Shown in pieces: positions 53,485-64,000 of a stretch of DNA of 64,000 bases (position 1 is the first letter of the stretch; each line of letters starts with the position of its first letter). Below the pieces are notes generated by a model, which had not been told where the DNA came from, did not search any database, and saw only the letters and a program-made list of their open reading frames with translations. Position numbers and translations under genes: made by a program. Origin of the DNA: Squalus acanthias (lineage: Eukaryota). The stretch is from assembly GCA_030390025.1 (NCBI GenBank), contig CM059432.1, forward strand, positions 146,632,001 to 146,696,000, in the 5' to 3' direction.

Positions 53485-56089
53485 ACAGACATCAAGAATT
53501 TACAGAGATGCAAGAAAGCAGACAAGATTCCGAAAGGACTGCAGATCACGAACCCACTCAAGTCGACATACAACACAGACTACGCTGAGAGACTCTGCCG
53601 TCGTACCTCTCGCACACTCCGCAACCATCTCGTACACCAGCTCTACAGCAGATGCCGCAACCTCGAAACCAAGATAGAGTCCATGCTCTCAGCCTGTGCT
53701 CAGGACACAGCAGACCTGCTAAGAGACTCCACCAAACAGACGATACAACGGAACTACGCTTCCTGCATGCGCATCAAGAACAGGAAGCTTGAGAAACTCG
53801 GCATCACCACCAGCAGCAACCAAGCCTCCCCCGGTACCACGGTTGCAACCACAGGGAAGTCCATCGTCAACCTGTCGGACCACACCCTTCAACCAGACGA
53901 AATCGAAGTTCTCACCCTAGGGCTCAAGTTCTGCCCCACCACCAAAATGGACCCCATCGGTCTCGCGGCAGACACTGAGGAATTCATCAGGAGAATGAGG
54001 ATCCGGGAATACTACCACAAATCCCAAGATGTCAGCAACAAACCCAATGAGACAATCAATGATCTGGAACAACAGACAGAGGGAACCGCAGTGCAGCAAC
54101 CGAAGAAGAAAGAGTCAAATTGGACCCCTCCGGAGGGTCGCTGCCCCAAGCTTGACATGTATGCTCAAGCTGTCAGGAAATGCATCAACGCCAGATTCAT
54201 CAGCCGCACTCAAGACAGTCCAGAATGCCACCCGAGCACAACGCAACGCCAGCCACACTCTCAAGACCAACCACAACATCGTCATCAAACCAGCGGACAA
54301 AGGAGGAGCCATCGTCATACAGAACAGAATGGACTATTGCAAAGAAGCATACCGACAACTGGACAACCAGGAACACTACAGACAGCTACCCGCAGATCCG
54401 ACCAAAGAACACACCCGCCAACTCAATAGACTGATCAAGACCTTCGATCCAGACCTTCAAAACATCCTACGTGCTCTCATCCCACATACTCCCCGCGTAG
54501 GAGACTTTTACTGCCTCCCAAAGATACACAAAGCCAACACACCCGGACGTCCTATCGTATCAGGCAACGGAATCCTGTGTGAGAACCTCTCTGGGTACGT
54601 CGAGGGCATCCTGAAACCCATCGTACAGGGAACCCCCAGCTTCTGTCGCGACACTACAGACTTCTTGCAGAAACTCAGCACCCATGGACCAGTTGAACCA
54701 GGAACACTCCTCGCCACGATGGACGTATCGGCACTCTACACCAATATCCCCCATGATGACAGCATCGCTGCGACAGCCTCAGTACTCAACACCAACAACA
54801 GCCAATCTCCAGACGCCATCCTACAACTCATCCGCTTCATCCTTGACCACAATGTCTTCACCTTCGACAACCAGTTTTTTACCCAAACACACGGAACAGC
54901 CATGGGGACCAAATTCGCACTCCAATACGCCAACATCTCCATGCACAAGTTCGAGCAAGACTTCTTCGCAGCACAGGACCTCCAACCAACGCTGTACACC
55001 AGATACATCGACGACATCTTCTTCCTTTGGACCCACAGCGAAGGACCTCTGAAAGGACTACATGATAACATCAACAGGTTCCATCCCACCATCAAACTCA
55101 CCATGGATTACTCCTCAGAATCGGTTTCATTCTTGGACACATGAATCTCCATCAAAGACGGACGCCTCAGCACTTCACTCTACCGCAAGCCCACGGACAA
55201 CCTCACGATGCTCCACTTCTCCAGCTTCCACCCTAACCATGTTAAAGAAGCCATCCCCTATGGACAAGCCCTGCGAATACACAGGATCTGCTCAGACGAG
55301 GAGGAACGCGATGGACACCTACGGACACTGAAAGACGCCCTCGTAATAATGGGATATGACGCTCGACTCATCGATCGACAGTTCCGACGGGCCACAGCGA
55401 AAAACCGCATAGACCTCCTCAGGAGGCGAACACGGGACACAACCAACAGAGTACCCTACGTTGTCCAGTACTTCCCCGGAGCGGAGAAACTATGCCATGT
55501 TCTTCGCAGCCTTCAACATGTCATCGATGACGACGAACACCTTGCTAAGGCCATCCCCACGCCTCCACTACTCATCTTCAAGCAGCCGCCTAACCTCAAA
55601 AGTACCATCGTTCGCAGCAAATTACCCAGCTGTCAGGAGAACAGCGATCACGACACCACACAACCCTGCCATGGCAACCTCTGCAAGACATGCCAGATCA
55701 TGAACACAGATACCGTCATCACATGTGAGGACACTATCCACCAGGTACATGGTACATACTCATGTGACTCGGCCAACGTTGTCTACCTGATACGTTGCAG
55801 GAAAGGATGCCCCAGAGCATGGTACATCGGCGAGACCATGCAGACACTGAGACAACGTATGAACGGATTCCGCGCAACAATCGCCAGGCAGGATTGCTAC
55901 CTCCCAGTCGGGGAACACTTCACCAGTCAAGGACATTCAGCCTCAGATCTGCGGGTTAGCGTTCTCCAAGGCGGCCTTCGAGACACACGACAACGCAAAA
56001 TCATCGAGCAGAAACTGATAGCCAAGTTCCGCACCCATGAGGATGGCCTCAATAGGGATATCAGGTTCATGTCACGCTACAGAACGTGA
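53485..56089 (+). pseudogene. PLE polyprotein (N-terminal domain, RT, Cys linker, GIY-YIG endonuclease) disrupted by one frameshift (~54209) and one stop (55142-55144)
   Basis: LQRCKKADKIPKGL; IVIKPADKGGAIV; FYCLPKIHK..PGRPIVSG; LATMDVSALYTNIP; GTAMGTKFA; RYIDDIFFLW; CHGNLCKTC; VVYLIRCRKGCPRAWYIGET; EDGLNRD. ORFs 54029..55144 and 55208..56089 share one frame. Confidence 0.93.
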
Positions 56090-56324
56090 CTCGACATCGT
56101 TGTCTGTCTTTCCAGTTTTAAAAAATAAACACTTAAAAAAAAAACCCAAAAAAACCCAACTGCAGACAGCAGGATTTGACACGTTGGACCCCCTGTGACA
56201 CATCTCATTGTCTTGGCTGTGCTCTGGTGTGTCTTTGATGTAAGGACACCTTCCCTGAAAGATTGTATCTCTGCAGTGTCTGTGTTTATATACGGTGTAA
56301 TGTTGTAGATTCACTCACTGTACT

Positions 56325-56362
56325 TTGCCTGACGAAGGGGCGACAGCTCCGAAAGCTTGTAA
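56325..56362 (+). ncRNA. Minimal hammerhead ribozyme (3' pseudo-LTR)
   Basis: TTGC-CTGACGA-A-GGGGC-GACA-GCTCC-GAAAGCTT-GTAA: stem I TTGC/GTAA, stem II GGGGC/GCTCC, palindromic stem III AGCT. Minimal HHRs are an established feature of PLE pseudo-LTRs. Confidence 0.82.
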
Positions 56363-56405
56363 TTTTAAATAAATCTGTTGGACTATAACCTAGTGTTGTG
56401 CGACT

Positions 56406-56483
56406 TCTCATTTAACATAGTGATACCAGTGTGCAACATTTAACATAGTGATACCAGTGTGCAACATTTAACATAGTGATACC
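56406..56483 (+). repeat. Last ~2.5 units of the 28-bp satellite (right end of the array)
   Basis: TCTCATTTAACATAGTGATACCAGTGTGCAACATTT.. then an abrupt switch to unique sequence. Confidence 0.95.
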
Positions 56484-57659
56484 TCCAGGTCTGAATTTTA
56501 GATTTTGCCCTTCACCCCCAATCCTACAAAACTCTTCACCAGGTTTAGTAATTTATTTAATCTATCCCAGTGTTTCTTTCTCAACTTGTGGAAATGTGAT
56601 TTCCCCCCTGCCCCCCTCTCTTTCACTTCTCTTGAAGTCACTAACCCCCGCTAATTATCAGTACATTGCTATTGATGGTCCTCTGGCACCTCAGCTGAGT
56701 TTGATCCTCTTCTCATCCAGCATCCAAACACATGTCCTTTCCAGCCGGTGCCAACGCCTCGCAGTTGGTTGAGACACGTCAGCTGATTATTTTGCCCTTC
56801 CTAGCTTAGGAAACACCGAAACCAATTGCAGCAGCTCCAATCTTACCCTAGCCTGCAATCTGCAAGCTGGGCAAAGACCAGAAATTGAAATGGGGGCTTT
56901 TGTGTTTCACTTGGCTGTGCATTGCATTTCCCGCTGAGGTCCTGGATGAGTCAGATAAATGTGTTTTTGATGAGAGTGTTTTTTTTCCAAATGTTAATCT
57001 GTCAAAAGGAGATTGCTTGACACATTGATGGGGCAGTCAATTACACCTAAGTGTTTTCAAACATTGCGACTGCTTTTATATTGGTCTGTGTCAGCATGCG
57101 GGCAGGAATGGTGAGGCAGATAGAAGGGCTCCTTGCGTTTCTGACAACCTGTTAGATAGTGCAATGTGACCTTTCATACGAAGCAACATTAGATTGGAGA
57201 CTTAAGCCTTTAAAAAAAATTGTTATTCACGTCAAGCATCATAGCCTGAAAAGTGAAGAGATCAGTTTTATGATTGAAGAGGAAACTTCTTTTATTTCTG
57301 TGTGAATTATTGCCATCACAATAAGAATGTCTATGCTTGTTATTTCCATGCTTCATATCTTACTCGGACTTACTGCAGATAGAGAGAGGTAGAAACAATA
57401 ATTTATGGGATTATAAATGCTGCTTCCACATTTCCCCTGCTGTATAGAATTGTTCCGCAGGGGACGAAAGACAGGGAGGGAAATGAGAGACAGGCAGAGA
57501 TCACAGACACTAACTGAGCAAGACACGCGTGCACAGACATAAGCATTTGCACACAGACTCACATGTGCATAGTACAGATACAGACACACACGCAGGTGCT
57601 CACACACACACACACACTTTGTTTCCTTCTTTCTGGAATGCTGGAAATGGAGCATCCTG

Positions 57660-57841
57660 ACAGAATGTCGGCCTAGAAATTCAAAACGGGTGCTATTGGA
57701 TCGGCCGCCCGTTCTACGCAGCGCCTGATATTCAGTTCCATCGGGCACTGTGTATAACGGCCGGCCGATCCGCTACCGCCCGTGACCAATTTCTCGGCCG
57801 TCTACGTGGTGTCTGAATACTCACAATACTGAGAGGTGAGG
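57660..57841 (+). promoter_or_regulatory. CpG-rich patch; candidate upstream promoter or non-coding exon of PDE1C
   Basis: Locally high CpG density, CCAAT (57786) and ATTGG (57695) boxes, donor-like GAG|GTGAGG at 57836, ~1.9 kb upstream of the PDE1C ATG. Function is inference. Confidence 0.3.
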
Positions 57842-58529
57842 AACTTCGCCTGACAACACCTGACCACATTCTTCTTCAGTCACATAATTTGATCGCCGAT
57901 CATATGGCCCATGAAGCCTCTCCTGCAGCTTCTCCAGGTTTGCATTGCTGAAGAGGCAGAGGAAGTGTTCATTCACGTGTGAGTTTTGCCGGAGGTGGAT
58001 CAGAGCGCTGTTTCGCACCCTGCGAAACGGAAAACCATTTCAAGGCAACCGTTTTAAAGTACTTCAGTATGGTTCTCAATTTCTCAGGATTCTGGGATTG
58101 TTTCAACGGGAAGATCAATTTGTATTTTGTCCGTCTGGTACAACATGTACTGATAACTGACTCTGAGGATGTTCCACCTTCCATAAATTAGTGCAGCATG
58201 ATTTGCAGCATTTATTGATGGTTTAAAAAAACCTGTCAAATACTCACTCTGGGAATGGGGGTGGGGAAGCAGGGATGCAGTGCGAGGTGTTCCCCGGCAA
58301 AGTTGCTGCTCCTGGCCACCCCAAATCTGCTGTGTGAAAATGGGAAAGTGGAACCCACTTAATGTTCCAGTAACATGGGAAAACATTTTAAATTAATGAC
58401 AATATGGCAGGGAAGTGACTACTTTTGCATGTGTGCATATTTTGGAATGTATAGGGTCAGCAGAGTATCTCAATGTGGGAACCTTTTCATGGTCCAACAC
58501 AATTCGCACCGTAAACTGCTAACGAAGCG

Positions 58530-58664
58530 AATGCTCAGCGGGTCAGGCAGCCTCTGTTAACTCCGTCTCTCTCTCTCCACAGACGCTGCCTGACTCGCTG
58601 AGTGTTTCCAGCCTCTTCTGGTGCTTAGCTCAGGTTCCCAGCATCCGCAGTATTTTGCTTCTGT
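58530..58664 (+). mobile_element. Tiny PLE pseudo-LTR remnant with a short inverted copy (hairpin)
   Basis: GTTAACTCCGTCTCTCTCTCTCCACAGACGCTGCCTGACTCGCTGAGTGTTTCCAGC matches the pLTR tail at 12947-13001. 58530-58557 is the inverted copy of 58579-58606 (24/28). Confidence 0.75.
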
Positions 58665-59340
58665 GATAATGAAGGGCACTGATTTTGTGTGGCTGTAAAC
58701 TGGCAGCAGGCATTTGAATACACTCTGATTTTAGCGGAAGTTTAGCAGCTTTTACAGCGGCAGTCTTTTAAAATTCGCCGGATTATTTTTTTAAAAATCT
58801 ATCCGTTTCCTTCATGTTGCAATGTCAGGCTGGTGTGCTGATGTCCAGCGGCACTTCGAAATCGCGACACGCTCACATCTGCCTCTGCAGCCCTCGTTTT
58901 TATTCGCCTATTTTCTCAGACACAGCTACTTTTGGGATGATTTCATTTTTTCAAACATTTATTTGCCCTTTTTAAAGGAGATATAGATATAAAACAAGAA
59001 AATCTACCCATTTGCTATTTTGTATCAGTGAAACATTGCAACACTCCCGGGTGCAATACTTTGCTTTGAATTTCTGAGCCCAAGTCCATGTGATATTCCA
59101 CAAGACAGAGAGAGAGAGAGATGTGTATTAGGAAGTGACTTGAGTAATTTCCCGGTGAATAGATGCATCCTTCTTCTGCAACTGGTGTGTGTGTGTGTGT
59201 GTGATCTGCAGGCTAACCGGGCATTTCCTTGCTTGTCAATATACGGCACATGAGTCCCAGGGGGTTACAAGATAAGTGCTAAGTGCTGAAAAGGCAAGTG
59301 AGTGTGGGACAAAAAAGATCCAAAGGAAGGGGACGAAGCA

Positions 59341-59670
59341 GCGCATGTGCTACCCCGCCCTCCCATTCAGACACCAGTGCGGCTCAATTGTCAGCCGGCT
59401 TTTGTGTTTAAGAGCCTTCGGCTGCTTTTTTACGGATTGCAAGGGCTGGTTTATCACCAAATACCAGTCGTGACTTTGAGCCCAGAGATCAGCCGGTAAT
59501 CCTCGACATCTTTCTCTGAACCATGCGCGCAGACTGCCACAGCTGCCCTCGGCATGTTCCGAGCTTTCAATATTGACGTCTGCTCTTCCTGAAAACATGT
59601 TAGCCAGTCTTTCACTGCGCTAAAGCTTGAAGATTGTACTTTTGAGCCCGACCCAGGAGTTTATTCAGGC
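59341..59670 (+). promoter_or_regulatory. Candidate proximal promoter / 5' region of PDE1C
   Basis: NRF1-like GCGCATGTGC (59341), GC box CCCCGCCC (59353), CRE-like TGACGTCT (59574), acceptor-like TTTATTCAG|GC immediately before the ATG. Motif matches only. Confidence 0.4.
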
Positions 59671-59771
59671 ATGGAGTCACCCACCAAGGAAATCGAAGAG
59701 TTTGAGAGCAACTCTCTCAAATACCTGCAACCGGAGCAAATTGAGAAAATATGGCTGCGGCTCAGGGGGCT
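59671..59771 (+). CDS. PDE1C: First coding exon of Ca2+/calmodulin-dependent cyclic nucleotide phosphodiesterase 1C (PDE1C1-type N-terminus); the rest of the gene lies outside the readable sequence
   Basis: Hand translation gives MESPTKEIEEFESNSLKYLQPEQIEKIWLRLRG + CT, then a canonical GTAAGT donor at 59772 (phase 2). This matches the mammalian PDE1C N-terminus as I recall it. Good Kozak context GGCATGG. Confidence 0.95.
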
Positions 59772-60145
59772 GTAAGTACATTCTGACATGTCTTTCAGAT
59801 CATGTTCCATCATTTATTTCCCCCCAAATTATTTTTTTTAAATCAGCAACAAAATACAGATATTGTTTATATGTAACTTGTGTGTAGTCTTAAGTAATGA
59901 ATAAACCTGCTGCTGCTTTCTACTTTTTTAATACTTTCCCCACTTATCGAACGGTTTGTGTTCTGTGCTTTATGATTAGTGCATTAACACTGCACCGGAT
60001 TGGCAGACTCTCGGAAAGCAGCCACCTGTTCCCTGCATTTCTCAATTGTTTTGATGCTGGAACTGCGGTGACATTTCCACATGATCCGAAGCGCGGTGCT
60101 GATTATTGTTATTCAACGGGGATTGGAAATTCTGCCCTCTCTCCC

Positions 60146-60645
60146 NNNNNNNNNNNNNNNNNNNNNNNNNNNNNNNNNNNNNNNNNNNNNNNNNNNNNNN
60201 NNNNNNNNNNNNNNNNNNNNNNNNNNNNNNNNNNNNNNNNNNNNNNNNNNNNNNNNNNNNNNNNNNNNNNNNNNNNNNNNNNNNNNNNNNNNNNNNNNNN
60301 NNNNNNNNNNNNNNNNNNNNNNNNNNNNNNNNNNNNNNNNNNNNNNNNNNNNNNNNNNNNNNNNNNNNNNNNNNNNNNNNNNNNNNNNNNNNNNNNNNNN
60401 NNNNNNNNNNNNNNNNNNNNNNNNNNNNNNNNNNNNNNNNNNNNNNNNNNNNNNNNNNNNNNNNNNNNNNNNNNNNNNNNNNNNNNNNNNNNNNNNNNNN
60501 NNNNNNNNNNNNNNNNNNNNNNNNNNNNNNNNNNNNNNNNNNNNNNNNNNNNNNNNNNNNNNNNNNNNNNNNNNNNNNNNNNNNNNNNNNNNNNNNNNNN
60601 NNNNNNNNNNNNNNNNNNNNNNNNNNNNNNNNNNNNNNNNNNNNN
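60146..60645. other. Assembly gap (500 N)
   Basis: Run of exactly 500 N, a fixed-size scaffolding gap. Confidence 1.
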
Positions 60646-63600
60646 GTGTGTGTGAAAGGGTGGGGAGTTGGATGGGGTACAGTGTGTGTGAGGGTGGGGA
60701 GTTGGATGGGGTACAGTGTGTGTGTGAGGTGGGGAGTTGGATGGGGTCAGTGTGTGTGAGAGGGTGGGGAGTTGGATGGGGTACAGTGTGTGTGAGGGTG
60801 GGGAGTTGGATGGGGTACAGTGTGTGTGAAGGGTGGGGAGTTGGATGGGGTACAGTGTGTGTGAGGGTGGGGAGTTGGATGGGGTACAGTGTGTGTGAGG
60901 GTGGGGAGTTGGATGGGGTACAGTGTGTGTGAGGGTGGGGAGTTGGATGGGGTTCAGTGTGTGTGAGGGTGGGGAGTTGGATGGGGTACAGTGTGTGTGA
61001 GAGGGTGGGGAGTTGGATGGGGTACAGTGTGTGTGAGGGTGGGGAGTTGGATGGGGTACAGTGTGTGTGAGGGTGGGGAGTTGGATGGGGTACAGTGTGT
61101 GTGTGAGGGTGGGGAGTTGGATGGGGTACAGTGTGTGTGAGGGTGGGGAGTTGGATGGGGTACAGTGTGTGTGAGGGTGGGGAGTTGGATGGGGTACAGT
61201 GTGTGTGAGGGTGGGGAGTTGATGGGGTACAGTGGTGTGTGAGGGTGGGGAGTTGGATGGGGTACAGTGTGTGTGAGGGGTGGGGAGTTGGATGGGTACA
61301 GTGTGTGTGAAGGTGGGAGTTGGATGGGGTACAGTGTGTGTGAGAGGGTGGGGAGTTGGATGGGGTACAGTGTGTGTGAGGGTGGGGAGTTGGATGGGGT
61401 ACAGTGTGTTGTGAGGTGGGGAGTTGGATGGGGTACAGTGTGTGTGAGGGTGGGGAGTTGGATGGGGTACAGTGTGTGTGAGAGGGTGGGGAGTTGGATG
61501 GGGTACAGTGTGTGTGAGGGTGGGGAGTTGGATGGGGTACAGTGTGTGTGTAAGGGTGGGGAGTTGGATGGGGTACAGTGTGTGTGAGGGTGGGGAGTTG
61601 GATGGGGTACAGTGTGTGTGTGAGGGTGGGGAGTTGGATGGGGTACAGTGTGTGTGAGGGTGGGGAGTTGGATGGGGTACAGTGTGTGTGTGAAGGGTGG
61701 GAGTTGGATGGGGTACAGTGTGTGTGAGAGGGTGGGGAGTTGGATGGGGTACAGTGTGTGTGAGGGTGGGGAGTTGGATGGGGTACAGTGTGTGTGTGAG
61801 GGTGGGAGTTGGATGGGGTACAGTGTGTGTGAGGGTGGGGAGTTGGATGGGGTACAGTGTGTGTGTGAAGGGTGGGGAGTTGGATGGGGTACAGTGTGTG
61901 AGGGTGGGGAGTTGGATGGGGTACAGTGTGTGTGAGGGTGGGGAGTTGGATGGGGTACAGTGTGTGTGAAGGGTGGGGAGTTGGATGGGGTACAGTGTGT
62001 GTGAGGGGTGGGGAGTTGGATGGGGTACAGTGTGTGTGAAGGTGGGGAGTTGGATGGGGTACAGTGTGTGTGTGAGGGTGGGGAGTTGGATGGGGTACAG
62101 TGTGTGTGAAGGGTGGGGAGTTGGATGGGGTACAGTGTGTGTGTGAGGGTGGGGAGTTGGATGGGGTACAGTGTGTGTGAGAGGGTGGGGAGTTGGATGG
62201 GGTACAGTGTGTGTGTGAGGGTGGGGAGTTGGATGGGGTACAGTGTGTGTGAGAGGGTGGGGAGTTGGATGGGGTACAGTGTGTGTGAGGGTGGGGAGTT
62301 GGATGGGGTACAGTGTGTGTGAGAGGGTGGGGAGTTGGATGGGGTACAGTGTGTGTGAGGGTGGGGAGTTGGATGGGGTACAGTGTGTGTGAGGGTGGGG
62401 AGTTGGATGGGGTACAGTGTGTGTGAGGGTGGGGAGTTGGATGGGGTACAGTGTGTGTGAGAAGGGTGGGGAGTTGGATGGGGTACAGTGTGTGTGAGAG
62501 GGTGGGGAGTTGGATGGGGTACAGTGTGTGTGAGGGTGGGGAGTTGGATGGGGTACAGTGTTTGTGAGAGGGTGGGGTTTGGATGGGGTACAGTGTGTGT
62601 GAAGGGTGGGGAGTTGGATGGGGTACAGTGTGTGTGTCAAAGGGTGGGGAGTTGGATGGGGTACAGTGTGTGTGTGAGGGTGGGGAGTTGGATGGGGTAC
62701 AGTGTGTGTGTCAAAGGGTGGGGAGTTGGATGGGGTACAGTGTGTGTGTGAGGGTGGGGAGTTGGATGGGGTACAGTGTGTGTGTGAGGGTGGGGAGTTT
62801 GATGGGGTACAGTGTGTGTGAAAGGGTGGGGAGTTGGATTGGGTACAGTGTGTGTGAGTGTGGGGAGTTGGATGGGGTACAGTGTGTGTGAAAGGGTGGG
62901 GAGTTGGATGGGGTACAGTGTGTGTGAGAGGGTGGGGAGTTGGATGGGGTACAGTGTGTGTGAGAGGGTGGGGAGTTGGATGGGGTACAGTGTGTGAAAG
63001 GGTGGGGAGTTGGATGGTGTACAGTGTGTGTGTGAAAGGGTGGGGAGTTGAATGGGGTGCAGTGTCTGTGAGTGGGTGGGGAGTTGATTGGGGTGCAGTG
63101 TGTGTGAAAGGGTGGGGAGTTGGATGGGGTACAGTGAGTGTGAAAGGGTGGGGAGTTGGATGGGGTACAGTGTGTGTGAAAGGGTCGGGAGTTGGAAAGG
63201 GTACAGTGTGTGTGTGAAAGGGTGGGGAGTTGGATGGGGTGCAGTGTGTGTGTGAGGGTGGGGAGTTGGATGGGGTGCAGTGTGTGTGAGAGTGGGGAGT
63301 TGAATGGGGTACCGTGTGTGTGAAGGGTGGGGAGTTGGATGGGGTACAGTGTGTGTGAAAGGGTGGGAAGTTGAATGGGATACAGTGTGTATGAGGGTGG
63401 GGAGTTGGATGGGGTACCGTGTGTGTTTGAGGGTGGGGAATTGGATGGGGTACAGTGTGTGTGTGAGGGTGGGGAGTTGGATGGGGTACAGTGTCTGTGT
63501 GAAAGGTTGGGGAGTTGGATGGGGTGCAGTGTGTGTGTGAAAGGGTGGGGCGTTGGATGGGGATGAGTGTGTGTGAGGGTGGGGAGTTGGATGGGGTACA

Positions 63601-64000
63601 GTGTGTGTGAGGGTGGGGAGTTGGATGGGCTACAGTGTGTGTGAAAGGTTGGGGAGTTGGATCGGGTACAGTGTGTGTGTGAAAGGTTGGGGAGTTGAAT
63701 GGGATACAGTGTGTGTGAAAGGGTGGGGAGTTGGATCGGGTACAGTGTGTGTGTGAGGGTGGGGAGTTGGATGGGGTGCAGTGTGTGTGTGAGGGTGGGG
63801 AGTTGGATGGGGTACAGTGTGTGTGTGAAAGGGTGGGGAGTTGGATGGGTACAGTGTGTGTGTGAAGGGTGGGGAGTTGGATGGGGTACAGTGTGTGTGA
63901 GGGTGGGGAGTTGGATGGGGTACAGTGTGTGTGTGAGGGTGGGGAGTTGGATGGGGTACAGTGTGTGTGAGGGTGGGGAGTTGGATGGGGTACAGTGTGT
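60646..64000 (+). repeat. G-rich ~34-bp minisatellite (GTGTGTGTGAGGGTGGGGAGTTGGATGGGGTACA), about 95 units, running off the window
   Basis: Tandem units with a variable (GT)n/(GA)n tract; more degenerate after ~62800. Confidence 0.98.

Larger units (their letters stand above)
53071..56413 (+). mobile_element. Near-full-length Penelope-like retroelement (Neptune-type) with inverted 5' pseudo-LTR
   Basis: 53112-53484 is the reverse complement of 56026-56413. The internal ORF has PLE RT and GIY-YIG domains. Satellite lies on both sides. Confidence 0.95.

Noticed and set aside
53071..56413. DNA transposon or DIRS element suggested by long terminal inverted repeats
   Set aside because: It encodes PLE-type RT and GIY-YIG, with no DDE transposase or tyrosine recombinase; the repeat is an inverted copy of the element's own 3' end.
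57353..58386. Several 60-130 aa ORFs upstream of PDE1C
   Set aside because: No recognisable domain, overlapping on both strands, partly microsatellite-derived; coding status cannot be supported.
58673..58780. Possible small Harbinger-type MITE (GGGCACTGATTTT..AAAATTCGCC); similar single ends at ~56488 and ~60137
   Set aside because: TIR matches are short and imperfect and no TSD could be confirmed; too weak to call.
60081..63566. Long His/Pro/Thr-rich 843-aa ORF and Gly/Val/Trp-rich ORFs
   Set aside because: Translations of the G-rich minisatellite and of the N gap.

Overview
Eukaryotic, repeat-dense vertebrate DNA. The repeat families (CR1 and L2 LINEs, a Deu-domain tRNA SINE, Penelope-like elements) suggest a cartilaginous fish such as a shark; this is an inference. 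1-18.6 kb is a set of nested, decayed transposons (L2, CR1, SINE, Harbinger-type MITEs, a solo LTR, a truncated Penelope-like element) inserted into an old, degenerate 30-bp tandem repeat. 18.7-53.1 kb is a ~34-kb array of a 28-bp satellite (about 1,200 units) with layered higher-order duplications (1,456, 2,050 and 7,211 bp). At the array's right edge sits a near-full-length Penelope-like retroelement (RT + GIY-YIG) with inverted pseudo-LTRs, each carrying a minimal hammerhead ribozyme. The only host coding sequence found is a 101-nt coding exon of PDE1C (59671-59771, MESPTKEIEEFESNSLKYLQPEQIEKIWLRLRG-L), which the ORF track misses. A 500-N gap and a G-rich 34-bp minisatellite follow. I found no CRISPR array and no prokaryotic system. 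All calls were made by eye; no searches were run.
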